Source: Eledone cirrhosa
Taxonomy: Eukaryota
Length of the DNA stretch: 64,000 bases
Reading direction: 5' to 3'
NCBI GenBank assembly: GCA_964016885.1
Contig: OZ024742.1
Location: forward strand, 113,770,001 to 113,834,000
Position numbers and translations under genes: made by a program. Positions 1 to 15,365 of the stretch are shown here, piece after piece. The notes under the pieces were generated by a model. The model had not been told where the DNA came from and did not search any database. It saw only the letters and a program-made list of their open reading frames with translations. Within the stretch, counting starts at the first letter, position 1, and each line of letters begins with the position of its first letter.

Positions 1-8
1 GAAGTAGC

Positions 9-24
9 GAAACAATTGTAAAGG
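9..24 (+). ncRNA. 3' half of a hammerhead ribozyme cut by the window edge
   Basis: GAAA-CAATTG-TA-AAGG: the same GAAA + palindromic CAATTG stem III + UH site as the motifs at 46746 and 48809. The 5' core would lie upstream of the window. Confidence 0.45.
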
Positions 25-139
25 GATATTATTATTAATATTATTATTATTATTATTCTCTACACTCCTTACATCAAACTAAAATATGTTGACAATCTGT
101 TAATGTCTTCCTTGTGAAACTTGTGGTCTTAACTAATGA

Positions 140-837
<698 letters not shown>

Positions 838-855
838 CACATGTTTAATATAGTC

Positions 856-906
856 AGCTTCCTGAGGATTTCTCACGAATGAAACAATTCTAGTCCTGTA
901 GAAGCT
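856..906 (+). ncRNA. Type I hammerhead ribozyme
   Basis: AGCTTC-CTGAGGA-tTTC tcac GAAt-GAAA-CA attctagtcc TG-TA-GAAGCT: 6-bp stem I, intact core, stem III CA/TG, GUA cleavage triplet. Confidence 0.8.
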
Positions 907-1035
907 TTTCTGTATTAAAAAAATATATATACATATGTGGGTGTATATGTGTATATTGGTGTGTATGTATATATATACATATGCGTACGCATGTGTGTGT
1001 GTATATGTGTTTGTGTGTATATATATGCATATGTA

Positions 1036-1096
<61 letters not shown>

Positions 1097-1925
1097 GCGT
1101 GAGTGTTGATGTGTGTATGTATGTGAGTGTGTATGTATGTAAAACATATGGACTGTAAATATATTTACATATAGGGAGTGAATATGTGAGCTAGCATTCC
1201 CCCCCTCCCACACACACTTCCTCTCCCAAACCAATATCAACAACGAATGTTTGACAAATGTTCCAAAACTATACTTATTTTTTCTTTTTTTACGGTCATC
1301 TTAGTTTTATCAATAGGCATGTATATTATACTTCATTAAAAGCCCATTAAATTCATCTTTGATATAGAAATTTGTAGAAGATATTCATTATAAATTTAAG
1401 AGAGTTGATTCAACTATAAGAACGAATTTGAAAATCATCCTGCCATTATATACTCAGTAAAGTTCAGCTAATAACATGAAACCAGCAGGAGGGGATGTTT
1501 ACAACCACCTTCTCAAACACCATTATCTTGCACCCTCACCATTTTCTGAGTGTATATTTATAAGTGTATGTGGGGGTATGTGTGTGTGTGCGCGCGTGTG
1601 TATGCTTTAATTCCTCCAAATCTTCATAAACACTCATTGACACTACACCCCACACCACAGAAACATCTAAATCTCTCTTATATATAGTCACACATTTCCA
1701 CACAACCTGATCTCAGTTTGACAATCGCCACCGACGAATGCGAGGAAATTCTCCAACAAAGTTAACCAGGAATCTTTAAAATTTTTCCTACCGAAGTTAA
1801 GAAACAACATACTAGATCTACCAACTAATAATATTATAATATCCTAAAATTAAATCAAATTATTTAACACTACAAGTGAAGTCATTCTTTTCTTTCTTTT
1901 CATATATATATATATATATATATAT

Positions 1926-2272
<347 letters not shown>

Positions 2273-3108
2273 CGAGAAAAAACACATCCCAAGATCCATT
2301 GTTAGTTTTTATTAAAATAATCTCTATTTATATGTTGAAACCCTCTGTGGTTGGCATTCCATTTACACTTTCGAAGTTTTTGGGAAAAGGTATCAACCGA
2401 AGACTGCATTGCTTTATTTAAAACTAGACAATCACACCACCTATCTGAGAAAATAAGCGTAATTTACAAATTTCTTGTATACCGGGTGTGAAATCTTTAT
2501 TACTCATTTAACATAAATAGTTACAAAGAGGCGCGTGTCTCTGCTTATTACATTTCTAACATTTTCTGCCTGATAATCGTAATTGAAATTAGTCAATGTG
2601 ACATGAGCTTTGCATATGGTAAGGAACGAAAACACGATGGCCTTAAGCATCCATATATATACAGATTTCAGATTGATAATAAATAATATATTTTATTAAC
2701 ATGTGTAAAATATTGGTTCTAAATTCAAGCAGGTAATATCATTATTAATTAGACATCTGCATATTATTAATACGGACCAAATTAAACTATGAAATTGAAA
2801 TATTCATGTAAAATATGTATCTACAAAATAGAAAGACTTTCGTTTAATATCACAAGATCCTGAGATAATATTTGATTGCTGATAGTTATTTTGTTTAATA
2901 TGTATTATATTGCTGTTGGCAGGTAATATGTCATGTCGTCAAAGGTGACACATGCACTACCGATGCAAAGAGAATTGGCTCTCTGTGAGTTAGTCTATCA
3001 AAGAAACCCACTCATCGTAAATTGAAGTATTGTGTCATTGGCAAAGTACACAGTCTCTCACACACACACACACACATACACACACACGCTCATTCACGTC
3101 CCCCCCCC

Positions 3109-3181
<73 letters not shown>

Positions 3182-4442
3182 ATTTATAATTGCATCCTTA
3201 TTTAACTCTTTATTTCGCTCTTTCGAATGTAAGAAGGGAAATTTCAAAAATTGCAAACCAATCGATACAGTACATGGAAGAAATATATTTATTTACGGCT
3301 TGAAATATATATGACAGACTCTTCCGTATTATTTCTACGTATGATGTTTCATTAATTTTTATGAAAAATTTACCATTATATCTAATTTAGATTCTATAAT
3401 ATATAGACACACTGACTTGTTGTCTCTCTGCTTGCATAAATTCCACAGAACATTCCATAAAGTATACAGCTAATATCTAATACTTTACCAATTTAAAATC
3501 CTTCTCTCATAGGCACATATATATATAAAAATAAATTTCTTTAAAAATATACCCATCTTTCTACCTTATTTCAATGTTATTTATTATACATTATATAATA
3601 CAAGTCACTCATTCTATTTCACTCCTATTTATCACTTCCCTTTCTTATTTTCCCTTTTTCTTTTATTTTCTCTTTCTTTTGATTTCTAACCCCTAATCTG
3701 TACCTTTTCTTCCTAGACACTTCTCAATTGGCATTGTGCCTAACGTTGAAACAATTTATTACACAGCACAATATATTCTTACTTTATATCACCTTAAACA
3801 AATCCTTCGTAAACATAAACATTTTTTTGACGTTAGAATATTCATCCTCAATTCATTATTTTTTTCTCCCTTTCATGCTCATCTAACTTATACCTATTAC
3901 ACTTATTCATCCTCTCTTATACTTCTTTCACAATATATCCTTAATTCCCTTACTTTTGCTATATTTTTATATTTTTTCATAATACATATCAACAATTTCT
4001 TTCCATCGCATATATTATTAAACCCTTAAATATTATTCTTAATACATATTAACAATTTCTTTTCATCGCACATATTATTAAACCCTTAAATATACAAACC
4101 TTAATTTAACATTATTCTAAAATGTTTCTCTTCCTTAATTTTCAAATTCTTTTAATTTATATATTATCTTCCAACGGTTTTTCAACCTCTGTATGTAATA
4201 TATTTGTCTCAGTTATAAAAGCTATCTCTCTCTCTATATCACCCATCTCTCCTCCTATCTCATCCTTCCTCATTATACTCCTCCCCCTCCACTTTTTACT
4301 CTCATCTCCTCCTCTTTTTCATCCTCCCCCCCACCTCTCAATGCTTTCCCAATATCACACATCAATCTAAAACTACTTTTCATATGTTGATTTAAAACTG
4401 CACTATTCACAAGTGTGTTTTAAACTTCATATCATGTCTCCC

Positions 4443-4513
4443 TATTTTATCTGACGAAAACGCAAATGTTATTGCATGATGATATTTGTTTTTGAAATGC
4501 GCATAATAAAATA
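4443..4513 (+). ncRNA. Type I hammerhead ribozyme (minimal stem III)
   Basis: TATTTTAT-CTGACGA-[AAAcgCAAATGTTAT..ATGATgATATTTGTTTTT]-GAAA-TGCGCA-TA-ATAAAATA: 8-bp stem I, intact core, palindromic stem III. Follows a ~1-kb T-rich 3'UTR-like tract and ends near (TA)n. Confidence 0.85.
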
Positions 4514-4543
4514 CATGAAACTCTTTTAACCATCTTTTGATAT

Positions 4544-4582
<39 letters not shown>

Positions 4583-4594
4583 TGTATAGATAGT

Positions 4595-4712
4595 GAAGGC
4601 GTATGTCTGAGTGGTTAGAGAATTGGATTCGCAACCGTAAGGTTGTGAGTTCCATTCCTGGACCAGGCGATGCGTTATGTCCTGAGCAAGACACTTTATT
4701 TCACGTTGCTCA
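4595..4712 (+). mobile_element. tRNA-derived SINE 5' fragment
   Basis: A-box-like tgtctgagtggtt, B-box-like gagttccattcc, then a tgtcctgagcaagacacttta core typical of MetaSINE-like elements. Confidence 0.65.
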
Positions 4713-7700
4713 TTCTACCTGGAGTTGCGTCCGATAGATAGTATTAGCAATTGGAAAGACCAACGGAAACATTGTTGTCTCGGTCCGATTTGACGAAAGT
4801 CGATCGTTCTTTTATATATATATATATACATATATATGTGAGTGTGTGTATGTGTGTGTGTGTGTATGTATATATGTACAGGCTTTTGTAGTTGTGTCTG
4901 ATCTAGAATGCCGTCTAAGTGTGTTGTAGAATGCTCCATGCAATGTTCAACTTGTTCTCTACCGCGTATACTTTGCACAGCTACAGTTGCTGAGTCGGGT
5001 ATTTCTTCAGTAAAATATCTATTGCTTTTTAATAAAAATCTATTAACAACACGTATATAAATGATTGACCAATGTCACAACAATATACTCGTAACTTCAT
5101 CTAGCTTGGTAGCTATGAATGGTTGGAAACGATTTCATAACTTTCAGGTTGTGACTGTTGGAAAAGAGTTCGAGCATAATAGGACGAGTCATCTCGTCCT
5201 TAGCACTGGAATGCATACATATAAGATGAGTTGTCTCGTCTACAGCACTGAAGATGTTAAACTCAAAACACCGTGACTGTGAACAGCGAATACCTTGTAC
5301 ATACAAATAGACATTTTGTGTATTGTGTTATATACATTGAGTAATATCCCTTGTGTTCCTTCAACACATTGTCAGATCCTCTTTGCAAGACCTAACCGAG
5401 ACATATCTAACACCATCATTCGTTGCATTTTTGGTATCAAATATATCGTCCATGAATATTAGTGTATTTCCAAATTCAAATTCTCATACTAAATCAATAT
5501 CCCGTATTTTCAATATATACTATATTTGTGTTTTGTCTGCGAATTTAGTTTGACTTCAATGTTAACATATGCTGGCATCCATAACCTTATGAGCAACAAT
5601 CATTTTTCTATAAATACGCATATAACACATGTCCCAGCACTTCAATACTTGCTGTCATTTATGCATGTGATTTTTTATTTCACATATATATTCATGTAAT
5701 ACTTAGTATATCTTATTTGTTCAAATGTGCAAACTACTAACTTTAAAAACACCAAAATAGAATACAAAATATTTCAATGTATATTACATTGACATTAAGT
5801 GCCATTGTATATTTCTAATCCTTAAAGGTGAATTCATGATTTCATACTGATTATCGATATATTTTGCTTTTGTCTTTTTCAGCGAAATATCTTTCTTCCA
5901 AATTTCTTAAACAGAGCAGGTGCAAATAAAACTTTCTTTCGTTGAAGATTACAAGTCGGCTAGTCACAAGATGAAATACATATATATCAGGTAAAAAGTA
6001 AGGCTGAATAGTGCTTTGCCACAGACGAAGCTATTAGACCACAGACGAACATAACTGCTAGGGTACGTTATCTCATCTGTTATTCTACGTATTCTTCCAA
6101 ATCAGAGTCGCAATTTAAATGATGAAAGGAAGACTTACTTTGATCCCATTGTAAATTAGAACAAATAAGGCAAAACCTTATGTACTAATGCATTCTGAAA
6201 AAATGTTCTAGACAATCCGCCGCCTGTATTTTAACGTTAGCATTTCTATATGTAATTGTATACACCAAAGAGACTGGTGCTTATACAAAACTATTGTATA
6301 CATTTGTTTTTTATTTTATTCTGACTGATTTTGCTTACGTTTTTATCGAAATGAATCCTGTACGTGTTTTCCTTTAGCACTTGCTTGTTCTACGCCTAAA
6401 AAGTAACGAAACATTCATAACAATTCTCTATTTTATTATATGCTACAACGGTATATAAATTCCAATAACCTTTTATGACAACATTGATTATTGAACCATA
6501 AACTTTTGTAGCCTACTCGTAAATATCGAAATGTAACACATTTGAACTGTTTATTTATTTATTTAATTAGTTATTTTAGAATAAATTTCTCTATGAACAC
6601 CATCTTAAATATACAGTCTTATTTTACAACCGGTGATGAGATGAACCCAAACACTTTTCATAATAGATCCATTATAGATAACAGTCTGTCCTTCAGCTAG
6701 CTGAATATTATTCTTAAGCATCTTTAATTATACAAATACACTGTTATAGATATAATTAAATATATAAGATTAGCACAAATATTGATGTGTATAATATATT
6801 CTGTCGAATATAAATAGATATATAATTAATGGCGTGATGATTTTTTCCAATATACACACACACATACACACACAGAAACATACACACACACATAATATAT
6901 ATATATATATAATTTATTTTTATTATTTTGCTTTCCTACATTCAAATATTTCATTAATTGCTTTATGTCAGCAACTTTTATAAGTCTTCTTCGACTAATT
7001 TTTTGGAAAATGTGTAATAGTAAAAAATAATATAGTTGAATTATTATATGTTGGGACAAACATTAAATCAGAGGATAACTTACTCGGCAATATTGTGACT
7101 GGAATGCTCTGAAGTTAAATCAGATTAATGGTGTTCTCACTCACGTCGTATAAGCACACGTTTAAATAAATGTTTATGCAATATACGTTTCTCTCGTACC
7201 GTTATTGTCAGATGTACTGCCTGGAAACGATATAGCAGCCGTGTTATATACATGTAAATGTTGAGAAAAGCTTTAAATGTTCAATAATGCTTGGTATAAT
7301 TATCATCGTCTCCTTATGAATTGTCAATTTACGTGCAGGCGCTTTAAGTGCATTTATACTAGATATTTACACATCGTTGCTATGATTGCAATTAAAGGAT
7401 TCGGTTAGACAATGTGATATTTGATATATATTCCACATCTTTACAGATGTCATTATCGTACTACCGCCATAAAAACAAAGTGGAACTGCAATTAGCCTGC
7501 TTGTAAATTGCAGAAATGTGTACTAATAATAATTAGAAATAAACGTTGGGTACGAGTACGGCTAGAAAGTGCATATGTTTACTATGAAGGAGTGATGTTT
7601 GCACAAAGAACGTTGGGATGAGATTTAATTGTAGCACTTCCTATTCCAAATTGTTATGCTTATTTCGAAGGAATATGTTAAAATAGGCAACATTTGGCAA

Positions 7701-8549
7701 TTCCATGGGAGCAGCTTGGTCAGGCTTGGTCAGCCAATGAACTTTTCAGTCGACACTCAATGTTGTCAATGCATGGATATCTGTAAATCATATAAAAACA
7801 TGTTGTTAAGTTCGTTTTAGGTCAGTCATGTTTATTCAGATGTATTGTAAAATATTTCGAGGTTGTAACAATCAGTCAATTATTGCACAACATATTTAGA
7901 CTGGTAATGAATGAGTTGGCTTTCACGTTTTGTACATTAGGGGGGCGAAGGCATATCATGTTAATAGAATGTTGGAGTACTATACGGTTAAAGGTAATTG
8001 ACGTTGAGTAATGCATCATTTGCTTTTCTTTTAGAAAAGTACAATATAACGGAGCATTATCATTGGATGTTTCAAACATATTTTGGCTGGTATAGTGTAC
8101 ATTTTTTACTATACATTTTTTGTAATTACATAGCTACGAGAGCGATAACGGTGACGAAAATTAAAGCAATGTGCAGAAATAAAATTATTTGAAAGTCTTC
8201 AACTTTACACAATATAAGTGCATACACATGATAGAAGTGGACTTTAGACGGAACAACCTTCACATTAGGGGCAGACCACTCCAGATTGTGAGATTGGGTT
8301 GAGATGGTTAATGTATTAATCATTTGGAGCAACGTCTTGTGACAATATATATTGTTTGTAAGCAGATTCTGAAATGGTAACATTTCGGGGAGAATAGTCC
8401 GAAGGAATATTTGAAAAAGGAACTGACATTTAAAACATTTGAATAGATAAGAAGAAATTGACACTTATTTGCTGAGAACATTACGATCGTGTAGAATATA
8501 GAGAACTATAGAATATAGACAATGTATCGCACCTGATGCATGTTGGGAA

Positions 8550-8618
8550 AATAATTGTTTCTACTTTAGGGACAAGGCAAAGCAATAACCCAGTGCATTA
8601 CTGGTACTTTATTTTATT
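8550..8618 (-). mobile_element. SINE 3' fragment
   Basis: ataattgtttctactttaggg..cagtgcattactggtactttattttat matches the 3' ends of the copies at 34007 and 55113. Confidence 0.75.
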
Positions 8619-9406
8619 AATGATGGCCTCTTTGTGGGAATAATTTTTATGTCCCTTAGGACCTTTTGTTGAGCAGTCAATTATCTTTTAAGTTTATAGA
8701 CAAGGTTTCTATTCTAAAATAAAATATATCTACGACACTCGGTGAAAACAAAGCAGCCATGAACGGTACGCTTACGCCAATAACAACGACTTAAAACAAA
8801 CACTATAAAAACATATATAATGCAGTAATGCTTTCGCACTGCATCTGCAGTATACCTAACTAGAATAGGAAAAGAAATGATGCGTAATGCAGTATAATCG
8901 CACCACAACACAATTGTAACACATAGGAATTAGTGAAAAAAGGTGATATGTAGAAAAAGGATTTCATACAATCTGGTTTAAATATAGTTCCACGTCTGAA
9001 ATTTTCCTTTTCGAACATTTCCCCAAAAAATAAGTAAAGAAATGAAAATAATATTCGTAATAGATTTACAACTTTCTTGAAAGTTCATCGAATTGTGAAT
9101 GTATATTTGCTATGTGTGCACTGATGTAAATATGCATTTGAAAAAACTAATACTTATGATAGCAGTATGAAAAGGGATTCAAATAAAAATGTTTAAAAGT
9201 GTGATGTCTGGTTTGGTATTTAGTAAATATTCTGGTGGTTTCATGATTCTTACCAGTCATTTGTGATTCTTTGAAGAGAGGTATCAGCATAAAAGCAAAT
9301 ATGATGAGGGTGATGATATTAATGCTTGCCGATGGGATTCTGCCCTATAGGGTTTTGCACATGCACACATTCACGATATCTAAAATTGCTGCCCTATCAT
9401 CAACAC

Positions 9407-9470
<64 letters not shown>

Positions 9471-9514
9471 ATTAAATCAAATATTTAAAATTTGGCTTCG
9501 TTTATTAAAGATGT

Positions 9515-9569
9515 ACTGCTATATATAGTTAGCAGACAGCCATCATTGGCTGTGACCTCTTCAGGCAGT
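9515..9569 (-). ncRNA. Hammerhead ribozyme in PLE terminal repeat (GAAA mutated)
   Basis: ACTGC-CTGAAGA-stem II-(ctaac)-TATATA-TA-GCAGT: stem I perfect, GAAA lost. Confidence 0.7.
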
Positions 9570-12353
9570 CCGAATTGGTGAGGTAGAGACAAGACAGGTA
9601 CACATGTTGTTGAAGTGTTTTACTCCGTCAATACTCCGATATGTCCTGCTCCTGGTTGGGTTGGTATTTCTCTGAGGAACAGCAATCATATGAATTCGAA
9701 CAAACGAATTTCGGCGACATAGGACACTCTCTCCCCCTATTAGTCAGTTGTGAGAACATTCCTTAGTAAAAAGTCTATATAATCTTTTGTGAGGCAAGAC
9801 CATCTGTTGTGGTTGTTTTTGTTAAGTACACCTGACCTCCTCCATTGTGTTGGTAGTGATTGAGGGAAATTCCCCTCCCAATATGTTGTTATTGTCCATA
9901 TAGCTTGAGGAAGGTCCCGGCCCTGAGGTGTCTACATGTCCCGGAGTAGTCAGTCCTGAGGTTTATTAGGCTGCTTCCACCACTGAGTATCTTGAGGGTC
10001 TCGCTCCGACATAGTTTGCAGATGCCAGATCCCCCTTTATCAGGTGGTACTTTCCTGATTTGGGACCAGGCCAGAAAGTCCTGTCCAGTTTGAGCTTCCA
10101 GATCAGTCCGGGAAGAGCCGTGCATTTCCGTTTGTGCTGCCTATTAAAGGAATGGCGTTGGTTATACCCTCGGTCTTTAAAGCTCGTTGATGTGGCTCCT
10201 ATGTAAAGGTGTTTAGAGTTGGAGGTTTTTACTCTACATCCGTATATTAAGTTCTTCCTTAGGCATTCATTATTAAGGGAGCATAATGCGGGGTTTCTGC
10301 AGTTGCAGGTGGTGGTCGACCACTGAGTGTCTATTGTGGGGTTCCCGTTGACTATTACGTGGAGGTCATCCCACAGTCCTGGTTGGGGTCCCTGGGTCTG
10401 TTTGGGTGTCCATGGTGGGTACTGGGTCTACCCTTCCTTTCCTCCACATGGTTTTGCTGGGTACTTATATTGCCAGCTTCTGGTTGTGTGGGTTTTTAAG
10501 TCTACCCCTATTGATGCTAGCTATGTGCTGGGCCACATTTCGCGTGGAAGAATATGGGAGTTTCACAGTGGGTCTGTTGAAGATATTGTGGTATCTATGG
10601 CCCGTCGGGAAGTATTTATTTAGTTCTCTAAATAATGAACTGGCCATGCTGTTCTTTAGGGCCTCTGAGTAGGGTGGGTTGTACCACGTGATTGTTCTGC
10701 GCCTACTCCTATGTGGGTAGGTTGAGCCTGTCATGGGCTCTTGGGGAGTTGTTGGATTGCCAGCGGTTCCCGCATTACTGCTTCCCCTTTAGGCGCTATG
10801 TGTTTTGCTAACATCCCGGCCCGTTTCTGTGGAGTGCTTGTTGCCCACGCTGGGAGTTCTACACTGTGATGGTCCTCCATCAGTCCCGCTTCGTGTCCTG
10901 CAGTTGGGGATGTCGGGCCCGGGGTGGTTAGTATCATCCATGAGACCGCTATTCGTACTGGGTTTCCTCCCATGGTTATGCGTGTGCGTCCCCTTCGCTA
11001 ATATGGTGGTGTCGGGTTCATGGTGTTTAGTTGTTTCCACTGTCTGTACTGTTAGGGTTCCCCAACCCCGGTTACAGTGGGTAGGGGTGTCCAATGGGTT
11101 ATCCCTATCATGGCGCCTCGGATTATACGATATATTCTGGCCATGCGCCGCCTTATTTAGAGCTGCCTGTAATACTCTGCGTTGCTATCGAATATCTCCC
11201 TATTGGCGGACAGGCTGGAGATCCTGTCCGAGACACTATTCACTACGGCATTAATTGTCGATCTAGGGTGGTTTGACTTGGCGTTATCATATACCAATTT
11301 CTCGATGGGCTTGTGATAGGGGTAGTATTGCTCGGTGTTCAGGTTTAGCGTGGTGTCTAGGAAGATAACTACTTTTCTATTTGGGTCTAGTTCGATACTG
11401 ATATAATGGTTCATAAAGAAATGCCCAATTCACCTCTTCATTCTCTCCACCATCCTGGTCCTGTGGTCATAGACTTTGAACAGAGCATCGTCACGATACA
11501 ATCCGCCGCGCAGGCAGGGGATTTCTTCTTTTATCGGCTCAGCAGGAAGAGCTCAACCAGGTCCGTTACATGTGCGGAGAAGCTGGAGCCCATCGTGATA
11601 TCAAAGTTATGTAGCCACTCACTCCTGGTCCAAAGGTCTCCACCAAAACGGATCAAGGTTTTTCGGGCGGCGTGGATGATGCCCACCTCCTCGCGGGTTA
11701 GGTCCATATTGGACATCACCAGGATAAGAATCTTAAAACGCACCACCCATGATAGTGTAAGGATTGTAACCCTTTGCATTTTTCGATTCTGACACACAGC
11801 CTTTCTACTTCAGTCAATATTTTCCAAATCTTTCAAACGTTCATATTGGCTGTAACACACACGCATTTTATTTTATTTTATTCTTTTATATTTTTTTTAT
11901 TTCTTCTTTTTAATTTATCTTATTTTTTTATTTCTTCATTTTATTTTATGTTATTTTTTCATATGTTTGGGACCCCCCACCACGTGAAATGGTGGCAGGA
12001 TAGATGCCAACCCACACAAACACATCACTCTTAACATAGCAGCAGCGAACCAAACGTGACCTGCCAGCTGATCCCTTAACACCACTACCACTACCAGCAC
12101 AATGGAGGAGGCCAGGTGTACTTAACAAAATCAACCACAACATATTGTCTTGCCTCAGAAAAACTTCTATAGACTGTTCGCTGATGAATGTTCGCACAAC
12201 TGACCAATTCGGGGAGAGAGTGTCGTATGACACCGAAATTCGTTTGTTCGAATTCATATGATTCCAGTTCCTCAGAGAAATAAAAACCCAACCAGGAGCT
12301 GGATATATTGGAGTATTGACGGTGTAAACCACTTCAACAACATGTGTATTCGG

Positions 12354-12408
12354 ATAGCCTGAAGAGGTCACAGCCAATGATGGCTGTCACCGAAATATAT
12401 ATAGCAGT
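12354..12408 (+). ncRNA. Hammerhead ribozyme in the inverted PLE terminal repeat
   Basis: CTGAAGA-GGTcACAGCCA atga TGGCTGTcACC-GAAA-TATATA-TA-GCAGT: core intact, stem I partly decayed. Confidence 0.8.
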
Positions 12409-13899
12409 ACATAATTAATAAACGAAGCTAAGTTTAAATATTTTACTTAATTAAGTTACATTACTCCGGAGTAACCAAACCAACCTGCGTACTTCATTGA
12501 CTGCTCCAATCTGCATACTGATGTGTAGGTAAACAACCAGCATATAGTCTATATATATATATATACAATGAAATTAAATAAATGGAAACCATATTTATAA
12601 AACCATATTTATTTCATTATATATATTTCAAGGGCAACCAAGACAACATTGGCACGCTTTCATCAGATAAAATACAATGTTTGTTTTATAAATAGAGACA
12701 TAACCATGAAAATCATACCTTATCGGTTGGAATTTTACTGGATAGTGGAAATAGATTATGGATTATTCAAACTTAGGTGTGAATATGCAAATGAATATGC
12801 AAATGAATATGTAAAAACAACCGTTTATTTAAATGACACTGGAGAAAGAGAGAGAAAGAGAGAGAACAAATAAAAAAAATATTACGAGAGAGATAGAGAG
12901 AAGAAATTAACAAGGGGATGATTAGAGCTCATGTAATGTTAATATATGGGAATATATTTTAAGAATAAATCTACGAATGGTACGTGTATTTATGATTAAT
13001 TAGTTGTTAACATTATTTTCTAATATAATATTTACTGTTATAAGTAGATAGACAAATAAATATATATAGAAAAATAAATAGATATAAAAATAGATAGAAA
13101 AATAGATGGAAAAATAAATACATAGAAAATAAATAGAAACATAGATGGAAAAATAAACAGAAAAATAAATCAATAAATAGATAAATAGATAAATAGATAA
13201 ATAAATGTTTATATAGGTATATCGTGTTATAGATAATTGTTTTAATGAGTTATGAGGGATATTGGTTTATACTTAATATAAATAAATATTGAGTTAAATT
13301 ACATTAAGTTAACTGAGTTAATAAGAATATTTATATTTATAAAATGGGAAGATACAGAAAAACTCCAGTTTTGTTTATTTATAGTATGAGACTATTTTGT
13401 CAAAATAAGCGTATTTGTTAAAGACATAAATGTTGAATGATATATTTAGCCTGAATTAGTTACTAATTATACATCTAATAAAAGATCTTAAAAAATGTTA
13501 TTAAAAAATATAACAAATTCGGGAACATTTTTAAAAATAATTTATATGAGATAAGTACATTTAAAAAAAAATAAGTGAGTATTAAAAAATAAGTATATTT
13601 TTAAAATATATGAAAATGTTAAGAAATAAAAAAAAATTAAAAATAAATAATAAAGAATGAAAAAAAGACTTTAAAAATATAATTAAAATTAACGATAAAA
13701 ATTTAAAATTTAAAATTAGGATAATATATGTATATATTTTAAGAAATGTTAAGAAGTGAAATTATAGCAAATATTATAGATATGATTTAGAGATAACAAT
13801 ATATTAAAAGTGGATAAGATTGTTATAGAAATAAGTAGAAATATTATAAGTGTAATTATTATTTATATAAACGTTGAATTTATATAAACATTGAATTTA

Positions 13900-15090
13900 G
13901 GAAAGTCTACAAGAACTAAATTAATTCGTCCGTACATTAATAGAGTTTTTACATTTAAGTATGAAGAACATTTCCTTAACACACACTTTGCAAAATCTAG
14001 ATAAAGCTGTGTTTCGGTAGGCAGGTGATTCCGAAAGTATTTCCCAAGCCAAAGAATAATCTATATTTTTGCATTTTAAGTTCTATATCAGGTTTGAAAG
14101 AGAGGTTGAAGATGTTTTCTCAAGTTTTCGGAAAGAGCATTTGTGATTATTGCAACGACTTTTAAATTATTTAGAAGTTGCACCTACATAGTTAAATATA
14201 TTATCGATGGTTTTGACTGTGCATTTATAGACCACGTCCTTATCTAAACACTTATGTTTTAAAGGACAATTTAATTTAATTCTATAGTTACATTTAGCGG
14301 AGTTGATGTTATTCGGAACGGTACTATTATGTTGGATATTGCTATGAGATATTACTGCTATTTTGGTTATGGTTTAAATGTCTATTATTGATTCTATTTA
14401 TATGTTGTGCTATGTTGATAGTAGTAGAGTAAGATAGTTTTATTGTATGTCTGTTAAAGACTGAATGGTATATATGGGCTTTTGGAAAACATTTATCTAC
14501 TGCTTTAAAGAATAACTTTGCTAAAAGGTGTTTTAAAGCTTAATGAGAATGGGGGGTGAGTACCAAATAATATTTCTAGTTCTATTTCTTCTGTTACTTT
14601 TATAATTTAAGTTAGATTTTCTATTGTAATTATAATTAATAGTAGGATTATTTACTTATCGCTGTTGTCGATATATTTAATCTATTTTATATAGGCTGCT
14701 CTATTTAAAGATTCATTATAATATACTGCCTTATCGTCAAAAATATTATTAGTGGAGATGCGTGAAATACGTTGTTGGATAGAATTTACAATAGTGTTCT
14801 TAATAGATCTAGGATGATTAGAGTTAAAACTTAAATAGTTTAGATTCTCATTAATTTTAAGGAATGGACAGTAGAGTTAAGGTTTAATGTTACGTCTAAA
14901 AAGTTAACAATTTTATATTTATTCTCTATTTCTAACTTAAGTTGTTGCTATTTCCAGAAATAGCCGTCGAAACGGCTTGAGCTCTGCCGTTGGGGTCATA
15001 CATTTTCCTATTAGCCACACTACTATCCTAAGCTTTGAGTACTCTGGTGCGTTATGTTCCATATGTTTCCTTACCACAACTCTTTGGTTA
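13900..15090 (-). mobile_element. 5'-truncated PLE remnant with an inverted terminal-repeat stub
   Basis: Minus-strand translation: VNFLDVTLNL, SNHPRSI, PPFSLSFKT..FNRHTIKLSYS, NCPLKHKCLDKDVVYKCTV..YVGATS..WEIL..CKVCVKE. Flips at ~14952 into a plus-strand copy of the 1991-2128 repeat ending in (TA)n. The A-rich 12840-13900 tract is probably its 3'UTR. Confidence 0.85.
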
Positions 15091-15307
15091 TATATATATA
15101 TTTATTTATTTATTTAGGTTTGAAGTTTCACCACTGGATATACCTGGTCATTCCGTATGGTCAATCTTGATGTAATAATATGGGGAGTACTCAACGTAAA
15201 GCAGCTCAACCGTCTTCGTTTGCGTAGTTGGTGGTGCGAGTACGGAGTTAAATATTATAATAAAATAACAGGAGGCTGGACTTGTGTAAATCCTTGAAAG
15301 GTTTATT

Positions 15308-15365
15308 ATACTATGATCATTTCAATGACCGGGTTCCGTATGAATCCGGTGATATCATCAGGTAT
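15308..15365 (-). ncRNA. Type I hammerhead ribozyme
   Basis: ATAC-CTGATGA-tatcACCGGaTTC atacg GAAcCCGGTcatt-GAAA-TGATCA-TA-GTAT: canonical core, palindromic stem III. Confidence 0.85.

Larger units (their letters stand above)
9470..12550 (-). mobile_element. Penelope-like retroelement (decayed RT + GIY-YIG) with inverted terminal repeats
   Basis: Minus-strand remnants: RT motif FDITMGS..HVTDLVELFLL, GGLYRDDAL (~11480-11510), thumb FLDTTLNL..SNHP, WYNPPYS..FNRPTVKLPYS, GIY-YIG CNCR..LYIGATST..CKLCRSE..CRH. About 380-bp inverted repeat 9470-9858 / 12089-12452. Both ends abut (TA)n. Confidence 0.9.

Noticed and set aside
5883-5990. Possible 108-bp exon (polypyrimidine-AG ... CAG/GTAAAA)
   Set aside because: Stops in all three frames and no partner exons; at most a non-coding exon.
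7250-8500. Possible highly decayed LINE RT
   Set aside because: Only vague similarity; no motif I can support.
8816-8854. Minus-strand CTGCAGA..GCGAAAGC hammerhead-like hairpin
   Set aside because: Needs A6C and U16.1A changes with a 2-bp stem II; better explained as a simple hairpin.
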